This document shows positions 45,448-55,092 of a DNA stretch of 61,330 nt, in pieces. The notes below the pieces were generated by a model, which saw only the letters and a program-made list of their open reading frames with translations, was not told the DNA's origin and searched no databases. The position numbers were made by a program, and so were the translations under genes. This stretch comes from an uncultured Actinomycetota bacterium (lineage in GTDB: Bacteria > Actinomycetota > Nitriliruptoria > Nitriliruptorales > Nitriliruptoraceae), in the NCBI GenBank assembly GCA_964433685.1, contig CAYSTY010000001.1:1-61330 (forward strand). The letters are read 5' to 3'. How positions within the stretch are numbered: the first letter of the stretch is position 1; the number at the start of each line of letters is the position of its first letter.

Positions 45448-46473
45448 GTGCGGATCGGGATCGCCCCCTGGGGCGCCGACCTCGACGAGTGGGTCGCCGC
45501 TGCCGCCACCGCGGACCGCGGTTCGATCGACGACGTGTGGACCTCGGAGCTGCACCGCTCCCCCTTCGTCCCGCTCGCGGCCGCGGCCACCGCGACCGAC
45601 CGGCTCGGGCTCGGCACGGCGATCGCCCTCGCGTTCGTGCGCTCCCCCTTCGCCGCCGCGCTGTCGGCCCTCGACCTCGACGAGCTCGCCGGCGGCCGCG
45701 TGCGGTTCGGGGTCGGGACCGGGGTGCAGCGGCTCATCGAGGACTGGCACCACCGCGACTTCTCGCCGCCGGTCGGCCGGATGCGGTCGTGGATCGCCGC
45801 CTTCCGCAGCGTGGTCGAACGCGCCCACCTCGGCGAGCCCATCATCCTCGACGACGCGCACGAGCCGCTGCGGGTGCGCGGCTACCAGCGCCCGTACCCG
45901 CCGACGCGTCCGACCATCCCGGTCTACCTCGCCTCGGTCGGCCAGAAGCTGACCCGGCTGGCGGGCGAGGTCGCCGACGGCTGGATATCGCACGAGCTCA
46001 CCTCGCCGCAGCTGCTCACCGAGACGATCGTGCCGCAGCTCGAGGCGGGCCTCGCGGCCGCGGGTCGCCGGCGCGACGAGCTGGACGTGGTGGTGTCCGC
46101 CTGCTGCGTGATCGACGACGACGATCCGGACGCCGCGCGCCGCACCGCCGCGCACACGGTCGCCTTCTACGCCAGCGTCCGCACCTACGCCCCGATGTTC
46201 GCCGCCCACGGGTTCGGGGACCAGGCGACGGCGGTGCAGGCGGCCTTCCGCGCCGACGACACCGCCGCGATGGTCGCCGCCGTGGACGACGAGATGGTCG
46301 ACACCTTCACCCTCGCCGGCACCACCGACCACGTCCGCGAGCGGCTCGCCCGGCTCGACGGGCTCGCCGACGCGGTCAAGCTCTCGCCGCCCACCTACCT
46401 CGTCCCTCCCGCGGTCACGCGGGCCGCGCAACGCCGCACGCTGGCGGCGTTCGGAGGTGTCCCGTGCAGCTGA
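45448..46473 (+). CDS. LLM-class (luciferase-like, possibly F420-dependent) oxidoreductase
   Basis: VWTSE, LGTAIA.AFVRSP, GRVRFGVG, IPVYLA, AGEVADG. Confidence 0.88.
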   Translation: MRIGIAPWGADLDEWVAAAATADRGSIDDVWTSELHRSPFVPLAAAATATDRLGLGTAIALAFVRSPFAAALSALDLDELAGGRVRFGVGTGVQRLIEDWHHRDFSPPVGRMRSWIAAFRSVVERAHLGEPIILDDAHEPLRVRGYQRPYPPTRPTIPVYLASVGQKLTRLAGEVADGWISHELTSPQLLTETIVPQLEAGLAAAGRRRDELDVVVSACCVIDDDDPDAARRTAAHTVAFYASVRTYAPMFAAHGFGDQATAVQAAFRADDTAAMVAAVDDEMVDTFTLAGTTDHVRERLARLDGLADAVKLSPPTYLVPPAVTRAAQRRTLAAFGGVPCS

Positions 46474-47993
46474 ACATGGCCGACGGCATCCGCGAGTTCG
46501 CCGTGTCCGCCCCGCACCAGCCGGCGGTGATCGACGGCGATCGGCAGCTGACCTACGCGCAGCTGCACGCGCGCGCGTCCCAGGTCGCCAACGTCCTGCA
46601 CGCGGCCGGTCTGGAGCGCGGGGACCGGGTCGCGATCCTGCTCGGCAACCGCCTCGAGTACATCGAACTGGCCGCCGGTACCGCCGCCGCCGGCCTCGTG
46701 ATGGTGCCGCTCAACCCGCGGCTGACCGCGCCGGAGATCGGCTACATCCTCGGGCACAGCGGGAGCCGTGCGCTGATCGTCGATGCCGCCCTCGCCGAGG
46801 TCGCGGCGGCCGCGCTCGCCGACCACCCGGCGGTGGGCACCGTCCTCGCCATCGACGGCGGGGACCTCGGTGGTGACTACGAGGCAGCGCTCGCGGACGC
46901 GTCACCCGAGCACCCGCGGCTGGAGATCGACGAGGACGAGGCGTTCTGCATCGCCTACACCTCCGGGACCACCGGTCGCCCCAAGGGCGTGCGCATCAGC
47001 CACCGCAGCCGCACGCTGGTCTGTTACGGCACGGCGCTCGAGTGGGGCCTCGGACCGGGCCGACGCACGATCGCGGTCGCGCCGATGTACCACGGCGCCG
47101 GGTTCGCGTTCGCGTACGCCGCCTGCGTCACCGGTGGCACCGTCGCCATGCTGCGCGCCTGGGACCCCGCGGGGTTCCTCGACCTGGTCGCCGAGGTCCG
47201 TCCGCACTCGGTGTTCCTCGTCCCCGCCCACGCGCAGATGCTGCGCAACCTCGGTGCGGACGCCATCGCGGCGCGGGACACCTCGAGTCTCGAGACGGTC
47301 TACTTCAACGCCGCGCCGCTGCCGCAGGAGCTCAAGCTCTGGTTCATGGACACCTTCCCGCACGTCGGCTGCCACGAGCTGTACGGCTCGACCGAGGGCG
47401 GGATCGTCACCAACCTCCGACCGCCGGACATGCGCCGCAAGGACGCGTGCGTCGGCACGCCCTGGTTCATGACCGAGGTGCGGCTCGTCGACCCCGACGG
47501 GCAGGTCGTGAAGGGTCCCGGGGTCGGTGAGCTCTACAGCCGCTCACCGTTCCTGATGCTCGGCTACCACGACGACCCCGGCGCCACCGCGGCGTGCACC
47601 ACCGCCGACGGGTTCCTCACCTGCGGCGACATCGTCCGCCGCGACGACGAGGGCTACCTCTACATCATCGATCGGGTCAAGGACCTGATCATCACCGGCG
47701 GCAGCAACGTCTACCCACGCGAGGTCGAGGAGGTGCTCGTCACCCACCCCTCGGTCCGGGAGGTGGCGGTGATCGGCACCCCCGACGAGACCTGGGGCGA
47801 GGCGGTCACCGCCTGCGTGGTGCCGGCCGACGGCAGCATCGACCACGACCAGCTCGACGCGCACGCTCGCGCCTCGCTGGCCGGCTACAAGGTGCCCAAG
47901 CGGTACGTGCAGGTCGACGCGCTCCCACGCAACGCCGCCATGAAGATCCTCAAGAGACAGCTGCGCGAGCAGCTGGGAGGGAGCAGGACGTGA
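46464..47993 (+). CDS. Acyl-CoA synthetase (class I adenylate-forming)
   Basis: YTSGTTGRPKG, YGSTE, GD, DRVKDLIITGG.NVYP.EVE, LPRN..K. Confidence 0.92.
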   Translation: MQLNMADGIREFAVSAPHQPAVIDGDRQLTYAQLHARASQVANVLHAAGLERGDRVAILLGNRLEYIELAAGTAAAGLVMVPLNPRLTAPEIGYILGHSGSRALIVDAALAEVAAAALADHPAVGTVLAIDGGDLGGDYEAALADASPEHPRLEIDEDEAFCIAYTSGTTGRPKGVRISHRSRTLVCYGTALEWGLGPGRRTIAVAPMYHGAGFAFAYAACVTGGTVAMLRAWDPAGFLDLVAEVRPHSVFLVPAHAQMLRNLGADAIAARDTSSLETVYFNAAPLPQELKLWFMDTFPHVGCHELYGSTEGGIVTNLRPPDMRRKDACVGTPWFMTEVRLVDPDGQVVKGPGVGELYSRSPFLMLGYHDDPGATAACTTADGFLTCGDIVRRDDEGYLYIIDRVKDLIITGGSNVYPREVEEVLVTHPSVREVAVIGTPDETWGEAVTACVVPADGSIDHDQLDAHARASLAGYKVPKRYVQVDALPRNAAMKILKRQLREQLGGSRT

Positions 47994-48787
47994 GCCAGGA
48001 GACCGCCACCATCACCGAGATGGTCGAGGCCGAACCGGACGTGGACCAGACCGAGGTCTGGGCCCGGTTCTGGGACAAGCTGACCGCCGTGCGCGACCGG
48101 TTGCTCGACCGGTTCGAGCTCGCCCCGCACCCGTCGTGCGCCGGGCTCGAGGAGTACACCAGCGGCGACTTCGAGGGGTCGCTGACGACCTACACCGGTC
48201 CCGAGGTCGAGTGGTTCGTGCACTCGTGGATCGGCAACCGCAAGCGGTCGATCCTCGACATGAACGTGACCGTCTTCCTCGGTCCCCACATCGACGTGCC
48301 GCACCTGGTGCTCGTGCTCGGCACCGTCCCCAAGCTCTACCACTACTCCGACCTGCTCGCCCGGCGCGACCTCGCCGACCACCCCGACCACGTCAGCCGC
48401 TACTACGAGCCCGAGAACGAGCACTTCCTGTCGTTCCGCTCCGACGAGCGCTTCCACTGGTCGGTCAGCCACGGCACCTACATGCGTTCGATCCTGTCCC
48501 CCGTCGGGTACTCGTTCATGAGCGAGCGCAGCGACGAGGTCATCGAGGAGTTCGACCGGCGCATCGACGAACGGGTCGACCGCTGGCTCGCGCTGGTCGA
48601 CGCCGCCGAGCCGGTGCCGGCGTCGGAGCAGGCGGCCCTCCGGGCCCGTGACCACCGGTTGCGCGACCGCGCCTACCGGCTCGACCCGATGAACGAGCTC
48701 GCGAGGAACTTCATGGACCCCGACCACGTCGACCGGATGATCGCGCTGCGCTCCGGTCAGGCACAGATGCAGGAGGTGGACGCGTGA
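47990..48787 (+). CDS. Red chlorophyll catabolite reductase-like protein 3
   Basis: Close paralogue of 16149-16964: GPEVEWFVHSWIG, LGPHIDVPHL, RYYEP, YMRSILSP, RWL, RD..R..DP.N. Confidence 0.78.
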   Translation: MSQETATITEMVEAEPDVDQTEVWARFWDKLTAVRDRLLDRFELAPHPSCAGLEEYTSGDFEGSLTTYTGPEVEWFVHSWIGNRKRSILDMNVTVFLGPHIDVPHLVLVLGTVPKLYHYSDLLARRDLADHPDHVSRYYEPENEHFLSFRSDERFHWSVSHGTYMRSILSPVGYSFMSERSDEVIEEFDRRIDERVDRWLALVDAAEPVPASEQAALRARDHRLRDRAYRLDPMNELARNFMDPDHVDRMIALRSGQAQMQEVDA

Positions 48788-49608
48788 ACGTCCTCGTCAT
48801 CGGCTGCGGCCTCGTCGGCTCGAACCTGGCCCGGTCCCTGCGGGCCGCCGGTCACACCGTCACCGGCACCACCACCACCCCCGCCAAGGTCGAGGGTCTG
48901 CGCACGATCTGCGACGAGGTCCTCGTCCTACGAGGCTCCGACCGGGACGCGGTGCACGCGGCCGTCGCGGACGCGGACGCCGTCGCGGTCTGCGCCGGAC
49001 CGTCGGCGCAGCGTTCCATGACCCCCGAGGACCGCGCGCAGCACTACCAGGAGGTCCTGGTCGACACCGCCCGGAACGTCGCGTCCGCGCCGGGCGACGC
49101 GCACCTGGTCGTGCTGTCCTCCAACGCGGTGTACGGCTCGGCCGCCGACCACCTCGACCAGGTGACCGAGGACGCCCCGCTGAGCGACAGCGCCGACCCC
49201 TCCCCGGCCTCGTTCCGGGCGCTCGAGGACGCCTACGACCTCGAACGGACCTGCATCTTCCGGTGCCCCGACATCCACGGGCCCGAGGACCTGCCGATCG
49301 AGCAGAAGGTCGCCCTCGCCCACGAGCACCTCGGTGGCTCGGTGCCGTTCTCGGCCGACGGCCGCTTCTACCGCATGCACGTCGACGAGATCGCACGCGC
49401 GGTCGAGTTCGCGATCGAACAGCGGCTGGTCGGGGTCCACAACCTCGTCGGTGACGACCTGCCGCCGACGAACCAGGAGCGCTTCGACGCGATCGCGGCC
49501 GAGCAGGGGCTGTCACCGCTGACCTACCGCGGCGAGATCGAGGGGCCCGCCGTCCGCATCTCCAACGCCAAGCTGCACGCCGCGGGGTTCGCGCCGGTGG
49601 GCGGCTGA
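48784..49608 (+). CDS. NAD(P)-dependent epimerase/atypical SDR
   Basis: IGCGLVG Rossmann motif, SS.AVYG, RMHVDEI, RISNAKL..AGF. Confidence 0.82.
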   Translation: MNVLVIGCGLVGSNLARSLRAAGHTVTGTTTTPAKVEGLRTICDEVLVLRGSDRDAVHAAVADADAVAVCAGPSAQRSMTPEDRAQHYQEVLVDTARNVASAPGDAHLVVLSSNAVYGSAADHLDQVTEDAPLSDSADPSPASFRALEDAYDLERTCIFRCPDIHGPEDLPIEQKVALAHEHLGGSVPFSADGRFYRMHVDEIARAVEFAIEQRLVGVHNLVGDDLPPTNQERFDAIAAEQGLSPLTYRGEIEGPAVRISNAKLHAAGFAPVGG

Positions 49609-49609
49609 G

Positions 49610-50275
49610 GTGTCCGCCTACGAGCTGACCCTGTGGGGGCACGTCCTGCTGTTCGGCGTGTGGCTCGGTGCGGACTACGGCACGTTCCTGTCCAGTCGGT
49701 TCCTGCAGCACGAGCACCGGTCGCTCGAGACGCGCGCGACCGCGGCCCGGATGATGGTCCTGTTCGACCTCGGGCCGCGGCTCGCGCTCGTGCTCATGCT
49801 GCCCCTCGGGTTCACGCTGGCGTCGATGCTCGGGGTCACCGATGGTCTGCCCGGCTGGTCGGTACCGGCCGCCTGGGCCGTCGCGCTGGTCTGGCTCGGG
49901 CTGGTCGCCGCGGTCGAGCTCGGGGAGGGCCGTGACTGGCGGGAGCCGCTGCGTCGCGCCGACCTGACGATCCGGGTCCTCGTGGCGGCAACGACGCTCG
50001 GCGCCGGCCTGTCGAGCCTGATCGGGGGTGGCCCGTTCGTCGGCACGTGGCTCGCGTGGAAGGTGACCCTGTTCGGGGCGATCATCTGCTCGGGGTTGTG
50101 CATCCGCCTGGCGCTCGGCCCCTTCGGTCGCGCGTTCGCCCGCATCATGAGCGAGGGGTCCACGCCCGCGAACGAAGCCGCCCTGCGCGCCAGCCTGGCG
50201 CGCACCTACCCGTTCGTGGGGGCCGTCTGGATCATGGTGCTCGTCGCCGGGCTGCTCGGGGTGGTCAAGCCGTGA
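49610..50275 (+). CDS. Hypothetical integral membrane protein (DUF2269/CopD-like)
   Basis: About 6 TM segments; N-terminal HVLL..WLG and C-terminal KP. Confidence 0.7.
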   Translation: MSAYELTLWGHVLLFGVWLGADYGTFLSSRFLQHEHRSLETRATAARMMVLFDLGPRLALVLMLPLGFTLASMLGVTDGLPGWSVPAAWAVALVWLGLVAAVELGEGRDWREPLRRADLTIRVLVAATTLGAGLSSLIGGGPFVGTWLAWKVTLFGAIICSGLCIRLALGPFGRAFARIMSEGSTPANEAALRASLARTYPFVGAVWIMVLVAGLLGVVKP

Positions 50276-51294
50276 CCGGTCCGTCGGAGCCGACGGTCCG
50301 CGCCGTCTTCACCGCCGCGACGGCGCCCGGCGCCGCCGCTCCGTTCGACACGCTGCACCTCAAGGTGCACCACCCGGCGCGGTTCGACGGCAGCGACCAC
50401 GAACGGCTCACCGGCGAGGTCGCCGTCGACCTGTCCCGCGGCCGGTTGCCGATCGTCGTGCTCCTGCCCGGCATCAACGTCGGACCGGCGAGCTACGGCT
50501 GGCTCGCCGCCGCGCTGGCCGCCACCGGTTGCGCGGTCGTGACCTTCTCCTGGGTCGCGGAGGTCATGCCCGGCCAGCGGGGCCTGACCTGCGGTCTGGA
50601 CCTCGACGCGGTGCGTCCGGACACCTACGGGCGGCGTCCGTCCGCGACCGCCATCGCCCCGGTGCTCGACGCGCTCACCGGCCTCGATGCCGCAGGTCCG
50701 CTCGCGGGGTGTCTCGACCTCGACCGGCTCGCGGTCGGCGGACACTCGGCCGGCGCGACCGTCGCCTACGAGAACGCGACGACCGACTTCTTCCCGTCCC
50801 TCCGGGCCGTGTTCGGCTACGGCGGCCACACGCTCGCCTCGACGCTGCTCGGGTGGGATGCCGACACGCTCCTGCCCCTGCCCGGTGACGTGCCGGTGCT
50901 GCTGACCGGGGGGACGCGCGACGGGGTCATCGGCGCGTCGACCGACCGCTACGGCCGCGACGGCCACGACCGCGACCCGGTGGTCCGCACCTTCGAGGAC
51001 GCCACCGCCCCGGACCGCGACGCCTACCTCGCCATCGTCACCGGCGCCAACCACTTCGCCGTCGGCGACCCCTCCGACCCGACGGTCGCCCGCGGCTTCC
51101 TCGACCTCGCGCCCGTCGGCGACCCACGTCGCCACCGGCAGGTGCTCGTGGAGCTGGTGACCGCGTTCCTCGCCCGCCACCTCGTGGCCGACGGCAGGTC
51201 TTCCGCGGCGACGGACGCCACCCTCGATGCCGCCCTCGACGCCGCCCTCGCGAGCGGCGACCTCGAGCTGGCGCGACGTCGTCAGCCGCGGTAG
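50272..51294 (+). CDS. Alpha/beta hydrolase, chlorophyllase/PAF-AH-like
   Basis: PIVVLLPG, Y..LAA.LA..G, LDLDRLAVGGHSAG, G.RDG, GANHF (Ser-Asp-His). Confidence 0.8.
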   Translation: MTGPSEPTVRAVFTAATAPGAAAPFDTLHLKVHHPARFDGSDHERLTGEVAVDLSRGRLPIVVLLPGINVGPASYGWLAAALAATGCAVVTFSWVAEVMPGQRGLTCGLDLDAVRPDTYGRRPSATAIAPVLDALTGLDAAGPLAGCLDLDRLAVGGHSAGATVAYENATTDFFPSLRAVFGYGGHTLASTLLGWDADTLLPLPGDVPVLLTGGTRDGVIGASTDRYGRDGHDRDPVVRTFEDATAPDRDAYLAIVTGANHFAVGDPSDPTVARGFLDLAPVGDPRRHRQVLVELVTAFLARHLVADGRSSAATDATLDAALDAALASGDLELARRRQPR

Positions 51295-52070
51295 CCGAGG
51301 CGCTTGGACACCTCGCGGGTCACCTCCACGAGGTGCGCGGCGGCCTCGTCGATCTCCTCGCGGAACCGCTCGACCGGCCCGCACACGGAGATGACGCCCA
51401 CCACGCGGCCGTCGTAGCCGAACAGGGGTGCCGCGACCGACCCGGCCCCGGCCTGCCGCTCCCCGAGCGAGACCGCGTAGCCCTGGGCGCGGATGTCCTC
51501 GAGCTCGGTGCGCAGCGCCGCGACCGAGGTGACCGTCAGCGGGGTGATCGCGGGCAGGTCGTGCGCGAGGTACTGCTCGCGTTCGGCCTCGGGCAGGAAC
51601 GCCAGCAGCGCCTTGGACGACCCACCGGCGTGCAGCGGGTGCGAGGAGCCGAGCTGGACCACCATCTTGATGTCGCGCTGCGGGGTGACCTGGTCGACGT
51701 ACACCCGGTGGTCGTTCGAACGGACCGACAAGGTGGCGGTCTCGTTGGTGCGGGCCTCGAGCTCGCGCAGGGCCTCGCGGGCGACGTCGCGGATGTCGAG
51801 CCGGTCGAGGTAGGACAGCCCGAGGGTGAGGTTGGCCGGACCGAGCCGGTAGCGACGGGACTCCTCGTCGAGCTCGATGAAGCCCTTGACCTTGAACGAC
51901 GACAGGATGCGGTGCACCACGGCCTTGGACAGCCCGAGACGGTTGACCACCTCCGTGACCCCGAGGTCCTTGACCCCCGGCTCCCCGAAGAGGTTGAGCA
52001 CATCGAGCGCGCGTTCGACGCCGGCGATCGTCTGGGACGAGCCGGTCGCCTCGTCGGTCCGCGGTGCCAC
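51282..52070 (-). CDS. IclR family transcriptional regulator
   Basis: VERALDVL, L.KAVVHRIL, YRLG, NETATL, PLHA..KALLAF, IRAQGYA. Confidence 0.93.
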   Translation of the reverse strand: MAPRTDEATGSSQTIAGVERALDVLNLFGEPGVKDLGVTEVVNRLGLSKAVVHRILSSFKVKGFIELDEESRRYRLGPANLTLGLSYLDRLDIRDVAREALRELEARTNETATLSVRSNDHRVYVDQVTPQRDIKMVVQLGSSHPLHAGGSSKALLAFLPEAEREQYLAHDLPAITPLTVTSVAALRTELEDIRAQGYAVSLGERQAGAGSVAAPLFGYDGRVVGVISVCGPVERFREEIDEAAAHLVEVTREVSKRLGYRG

Positions 52071-52121
52071 GGTGACCTCCCGTTACCCTGGGTGCGCCGC
52101 CCGCACCTCGCCGCCCCGACT

Positions 52122-52158
52122 GTACCCCTGAGCGGAACGATGTTACGCCAGGCGAGAC
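52122..52158. promoter_or_regulatory. Operator copy 7 (between iclR and the cyclic amidohydrolase)
   Basis: GTACCcctgagcGGAACgatGTTAC directly upstream of iclR, consistent with autoregulation. Confidence 0.7.
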
Positions 52159-52207
52159 AACACGGCTAGCCTACGCGCTCCTGGGACGGAGGCGAACGAG
52201 GTGCGAC

Positions 52208-53686
52208 GTGGCTGACCGGCTGGTGTTCACGGACGTGCGGGTGGTGCGGCCCGGCGTCGACGAACCGATCGACGCCGACATCCTCGTGGCCGACGGCCGC
52301 GTCGTCGAGGTCGCCCCGGGGCTGGCCGAGGTCGCGACCGACGCCGAGGTCGTCTCCGGTGGCGGCAAGCTCGCCTTCCCCGGCTGCGTCGATGCCCACC
52401 AGCACTGGGGCATCTACAACCCGCTGGACGAGGACACCCGCAGCGAATCCCGGGCCGCGGCCCAGGGCGGGGTGACCACCGCGCTGAGCTACATCCGCAC
52501 CGGGCAGTACTACCTCAACCGCGGCGGGTCGTACGCCGAGTTCATGCCCGAGGTGCGACGTCTGACGGCGGGCAACGCCCACATCGATCACGCGTTCCAC
52601 CTCGCCCCGATCACCGCCGAGCACATCGACGAGCTCGGCTCGATGGTCGACGACCACGGCGTGACCTCGTTCAAGATCTTCATGTTCTACGGCAGCCACG
52701 GGCTGCACGGACGTTCGGACGACCAGTCCTCGTTCCTGATGTCGCCGCCCGACGAGCGCTACGACATCGCCCACTTCGAGTTCGTGATGCGCGGGATCGA
52801 ACGGGTCCGTGCGCAGCGGCCGGCCATCGCCGACCGGATCTCGCTGTCGCTGCACTGCGAGACCGCGGAGATCATGCGTGCCTACACCACGATGGTCGAG
52901 GCCGAGGGGACCCTGTCGGGCCTCGAGGCGTACTCGGCCTCGCGTCCGCCCCACTCCGAGGGCCTGGCGATCACCATCGCCAGCTACCTCGCCCACGAGA
53001 CCGGGCTGCCCACCATCAACCTGCTCCACCTCACCTCCGCCAAGGCCATCGAGGCCGCACGCCTGATGGCCGCGACCTTCCCGCACGTCGACTTCCGACG
53101 CGAGGTGACCGTCGGCCACCTGCTGGCGACCTACGACACCGCGGCCAGCATCGGCGGCAAGGTCAACCCGCCGCTACGCAGCGAGGACGACCGCGAGGTC
53201 CTGTGGCAGGCCGTCGCCGACGGGTTCGTCGACTGGGTGGTGTCCGACCACGCCTGCTGCAAGGACGAGCTGAAGTTCGACGCCGACCACCGCGACGACG
53301 TCTTCCTGGCCCGGTCCGGGTTCGGCGGCGCGGAGTACCTGCTGTCGGGCCTGATCAGCGAGGGGCGGCGGCACGGGGTCAGCTACGGCCGCATCGCCGA
53401 GCTCACGTCCAGCAACCCCGCCGACCGGTTCGGCCTCCACGGCGTCAAGGGCGACCTCGCCCCCGGCTACGACGCCGACATCGTCCTCGTCGACCCGGAT
53501 GCCTCGTTCGTGGTGCGTGCCGAGGACTCGGTCTCGGCCCAGGAGTACACCCCGTTCGAGGGCCACGAACTGACCGGCAAGGTCGAGGACGTGTGGCTGC
53601 GGGGCGAGCGCATCGTGCGTGCCGGCGAGGTGGTGGGCGAGCCGGTCGGCGCCTACCTGCACCGCCCCGCGACCCGCGGCTCCTAG
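52208..53686 (+). CDS. Cyclic amidohydrolase (allantoinase/hydantoinase/imidase family)
   Basis: PG.VDAHQH, GGVTT, FKIFM, LHCE, SRP, HLT, KVNPPLR, SDHA, NPA..FGL. Confidence 0.9.
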   Translation: MADRLVFTDVRVVRPGVDEPIDADILVADGRVVEVAPGLAEVATDAEVVSGGGKLAFPGCVDAHQHWGIYNPLDEDTRSESRAAAQGGVTTALSYIRTGQYYLNRGGSYAEFMPEVRRLTAGNAHIDHAFHLAPITAEHIDELGSMVDDHGVTSFKIFMFYGSHGLHGRSDDQSSFLMSPPDERYDIAHFEFVMRGIERVRAQRPAIADRISLSLHCETAEIMRAYTTMVEAEGTLSGLEAYSASRPPHSEGLAITIASYLAHETGLPTINLLHLTSAKAIEAARLMAATFPHVDFRREVTVGHLLATYDTAASIGGKVNPPLRSEDDREVLWQAVADGFVDWVVSDHACCKDELKFDADHRDDVFLARSGFGGAEYLLSGLISEGRRHGVSYGRIAELTSSNPADRFGLHGVKGDLAPGYDADIVLVDPDASFVVRAEDSVSAQEYTPFEGHELTGKVEDVWLRGERIVRAGEVVGEPVGAYLHRPATRGS

Positions 53687-55092
53687 CGGCGGGTCGGCGC
53701 CAGGAGCGACTCGAGGTCCGCGGCGCTGTCGAGCGCGTCCACGCCGGCGCGGACCTCCTCGGCGGCGGTGGGATCGAGGTGGACCGCCGCGTTCTCGCTG
53801 AACTTGGCGCCGAGCTCCTCGTCCGAGAGCGGGTCGCCGGGACCGCCACGGTTGACCAGCACCTCCTCGGTGAGCTCCGAGCCGTCCGTGGTCCGAACCG
53901 TCAGGCGGGCCGGGAACTGGCCGGGGTAGATACCGAGCAGCTCCGGGTCGCCGGTGACGTCGATGCGGCCCATCAGCTGGCGGACCGGCTCGCGCGATGC
54001 GGCGAGGTCGGTGAAGTCCGCCAGCCCGAGACCGAGACCACCCCCGCCGTGCCAGGCGGCGGCGACGGTGTACGGACCGGAGAACTTGGCGGCGTACCCG
54101 GACTCGGGCGCACGCTTGGCCTCGATGGGCTGGCCGATGGTGCGCACCGTCGGTGGTGCCACCGAGAGGGTGGCGTGCTCGACGAGGTCGGGGGTGACGC
54201 CGGCGCTGCGCAACCGGCGGGCCGCGTCGATGCCGGTGTGGGTGAAGTGGTTGGCCGGGTACGGCTTGAAGAAGATCCCGGGCACCGACCACTCCGTGCC
54301 GAGCCCGCGGGTGATCTCCTCGGGGTCGAACCGTCCCGACAGCCACGCCTCGTAGAAGCCGAACCGGCCCTCGAGGATCGTCGGCGGTCCGGTGAAGCCG
54401 CGCGCGACCAGCTCGGCGGCCGAGACGCCGGCGTGCGCCGCCCAGCCGCAGTGCAGCCGCTTGACGGTGCCGCCGGTGCGGTTGGCCTCGATGACGCCCG
54501 AGGACATGGACGCCGCCACACCGATCGCGTTGGCGACACCCTCCGCACCGAGCCCGTGCAGCAACGCCGCGCCCGCCGCGGCACCGAGCCCGCCGCAGAT
54601 CGAGGTCGCGTGCTGGCCGCGTTCGAAGAACAGCGAGTTGTTGGACTCGCGGTCGTAGCCCGCCATCCCGAGGCGCACGCAGACCTCGATGCCGACCGCC
54701 GTCGCGACCAGCACGTCCCGCCCGGATGCCCCGACCGCCTCGCCGACCGCGAGCGTCGCGGGGACGATGGAGGCCGAGGGGTGCAGGATCGACGGCAGGT
54801 GGGTGTCGTCGTAGTCGAGGGAGTGGGCGAGGACACCGTTGACGAAGGCGGCCTGGTTGGCCGGCAGCTTGGCGGTGCGACCGATCACGGTCGCCACGGG
54901 CGAACCGCCCTGGGCCTCGGCGTACGCGACCGCGGCCGCGGAGGTCGCCTCGGGGATGGACGCCAGGCACAGCCCGACGATGTCCAGGATGCGTTGCCGC
55001 GTCGAGCTGGCCACGATCTCGGGCAACCCGTCCCGCATCGCGTCGGCCGCGAAGCCACCGAGGTGTTCGACGAGGGCGGGGGGCGCGCTCAT
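53683..55092 (-). CDS. MmgE/PrpD family protein 2
   Basis: ATG 55092; NGVLAHSLDYDDTH..HPS, GQHATS, KRLH.G, KPYPANHFTH, KFS.PY. Confidence 0.9.
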   Translation of the reverse strand: MSAPPALVEHLGGFAADAMRDGLPEIVASSTRQRILDIVGLCLASIPEATSAAAVAYAEAQGGSPVATVIGRTAKLPANQAAFVNGVLAHSLDYDDTHLPSILHPSASIVPATLAVGEAVGASGRDVLVATAVGIEVCVRLGMAGYDRESNNSLFFERGQHATSICGGLGAAAGAALLHGLGAEGVANAIGVAASMSSGVIEANRTGGTVKRLHCGWAAHAGVSAAELVARGFTGPPTILEGRFGFYEAWLSGRFDPEEITRGLGTEWSVPGIFFKPYPANHFTHTGIDAARRLRSAGVTPDLVEHATLSVAPPTVRTIGQPIEAKRAPESGYAAKFSGPYTVAAAWHGGGGLGLGLADFTDLAASREPVRQLMGRIDVTGDPELLGIYPGQFPARLTVRTTDGSELTEEVLVNRGGPGDPLSDEELGAKFSENAAVHLDPTAAEEVRAGVDALDSAADLESLLAPTRR

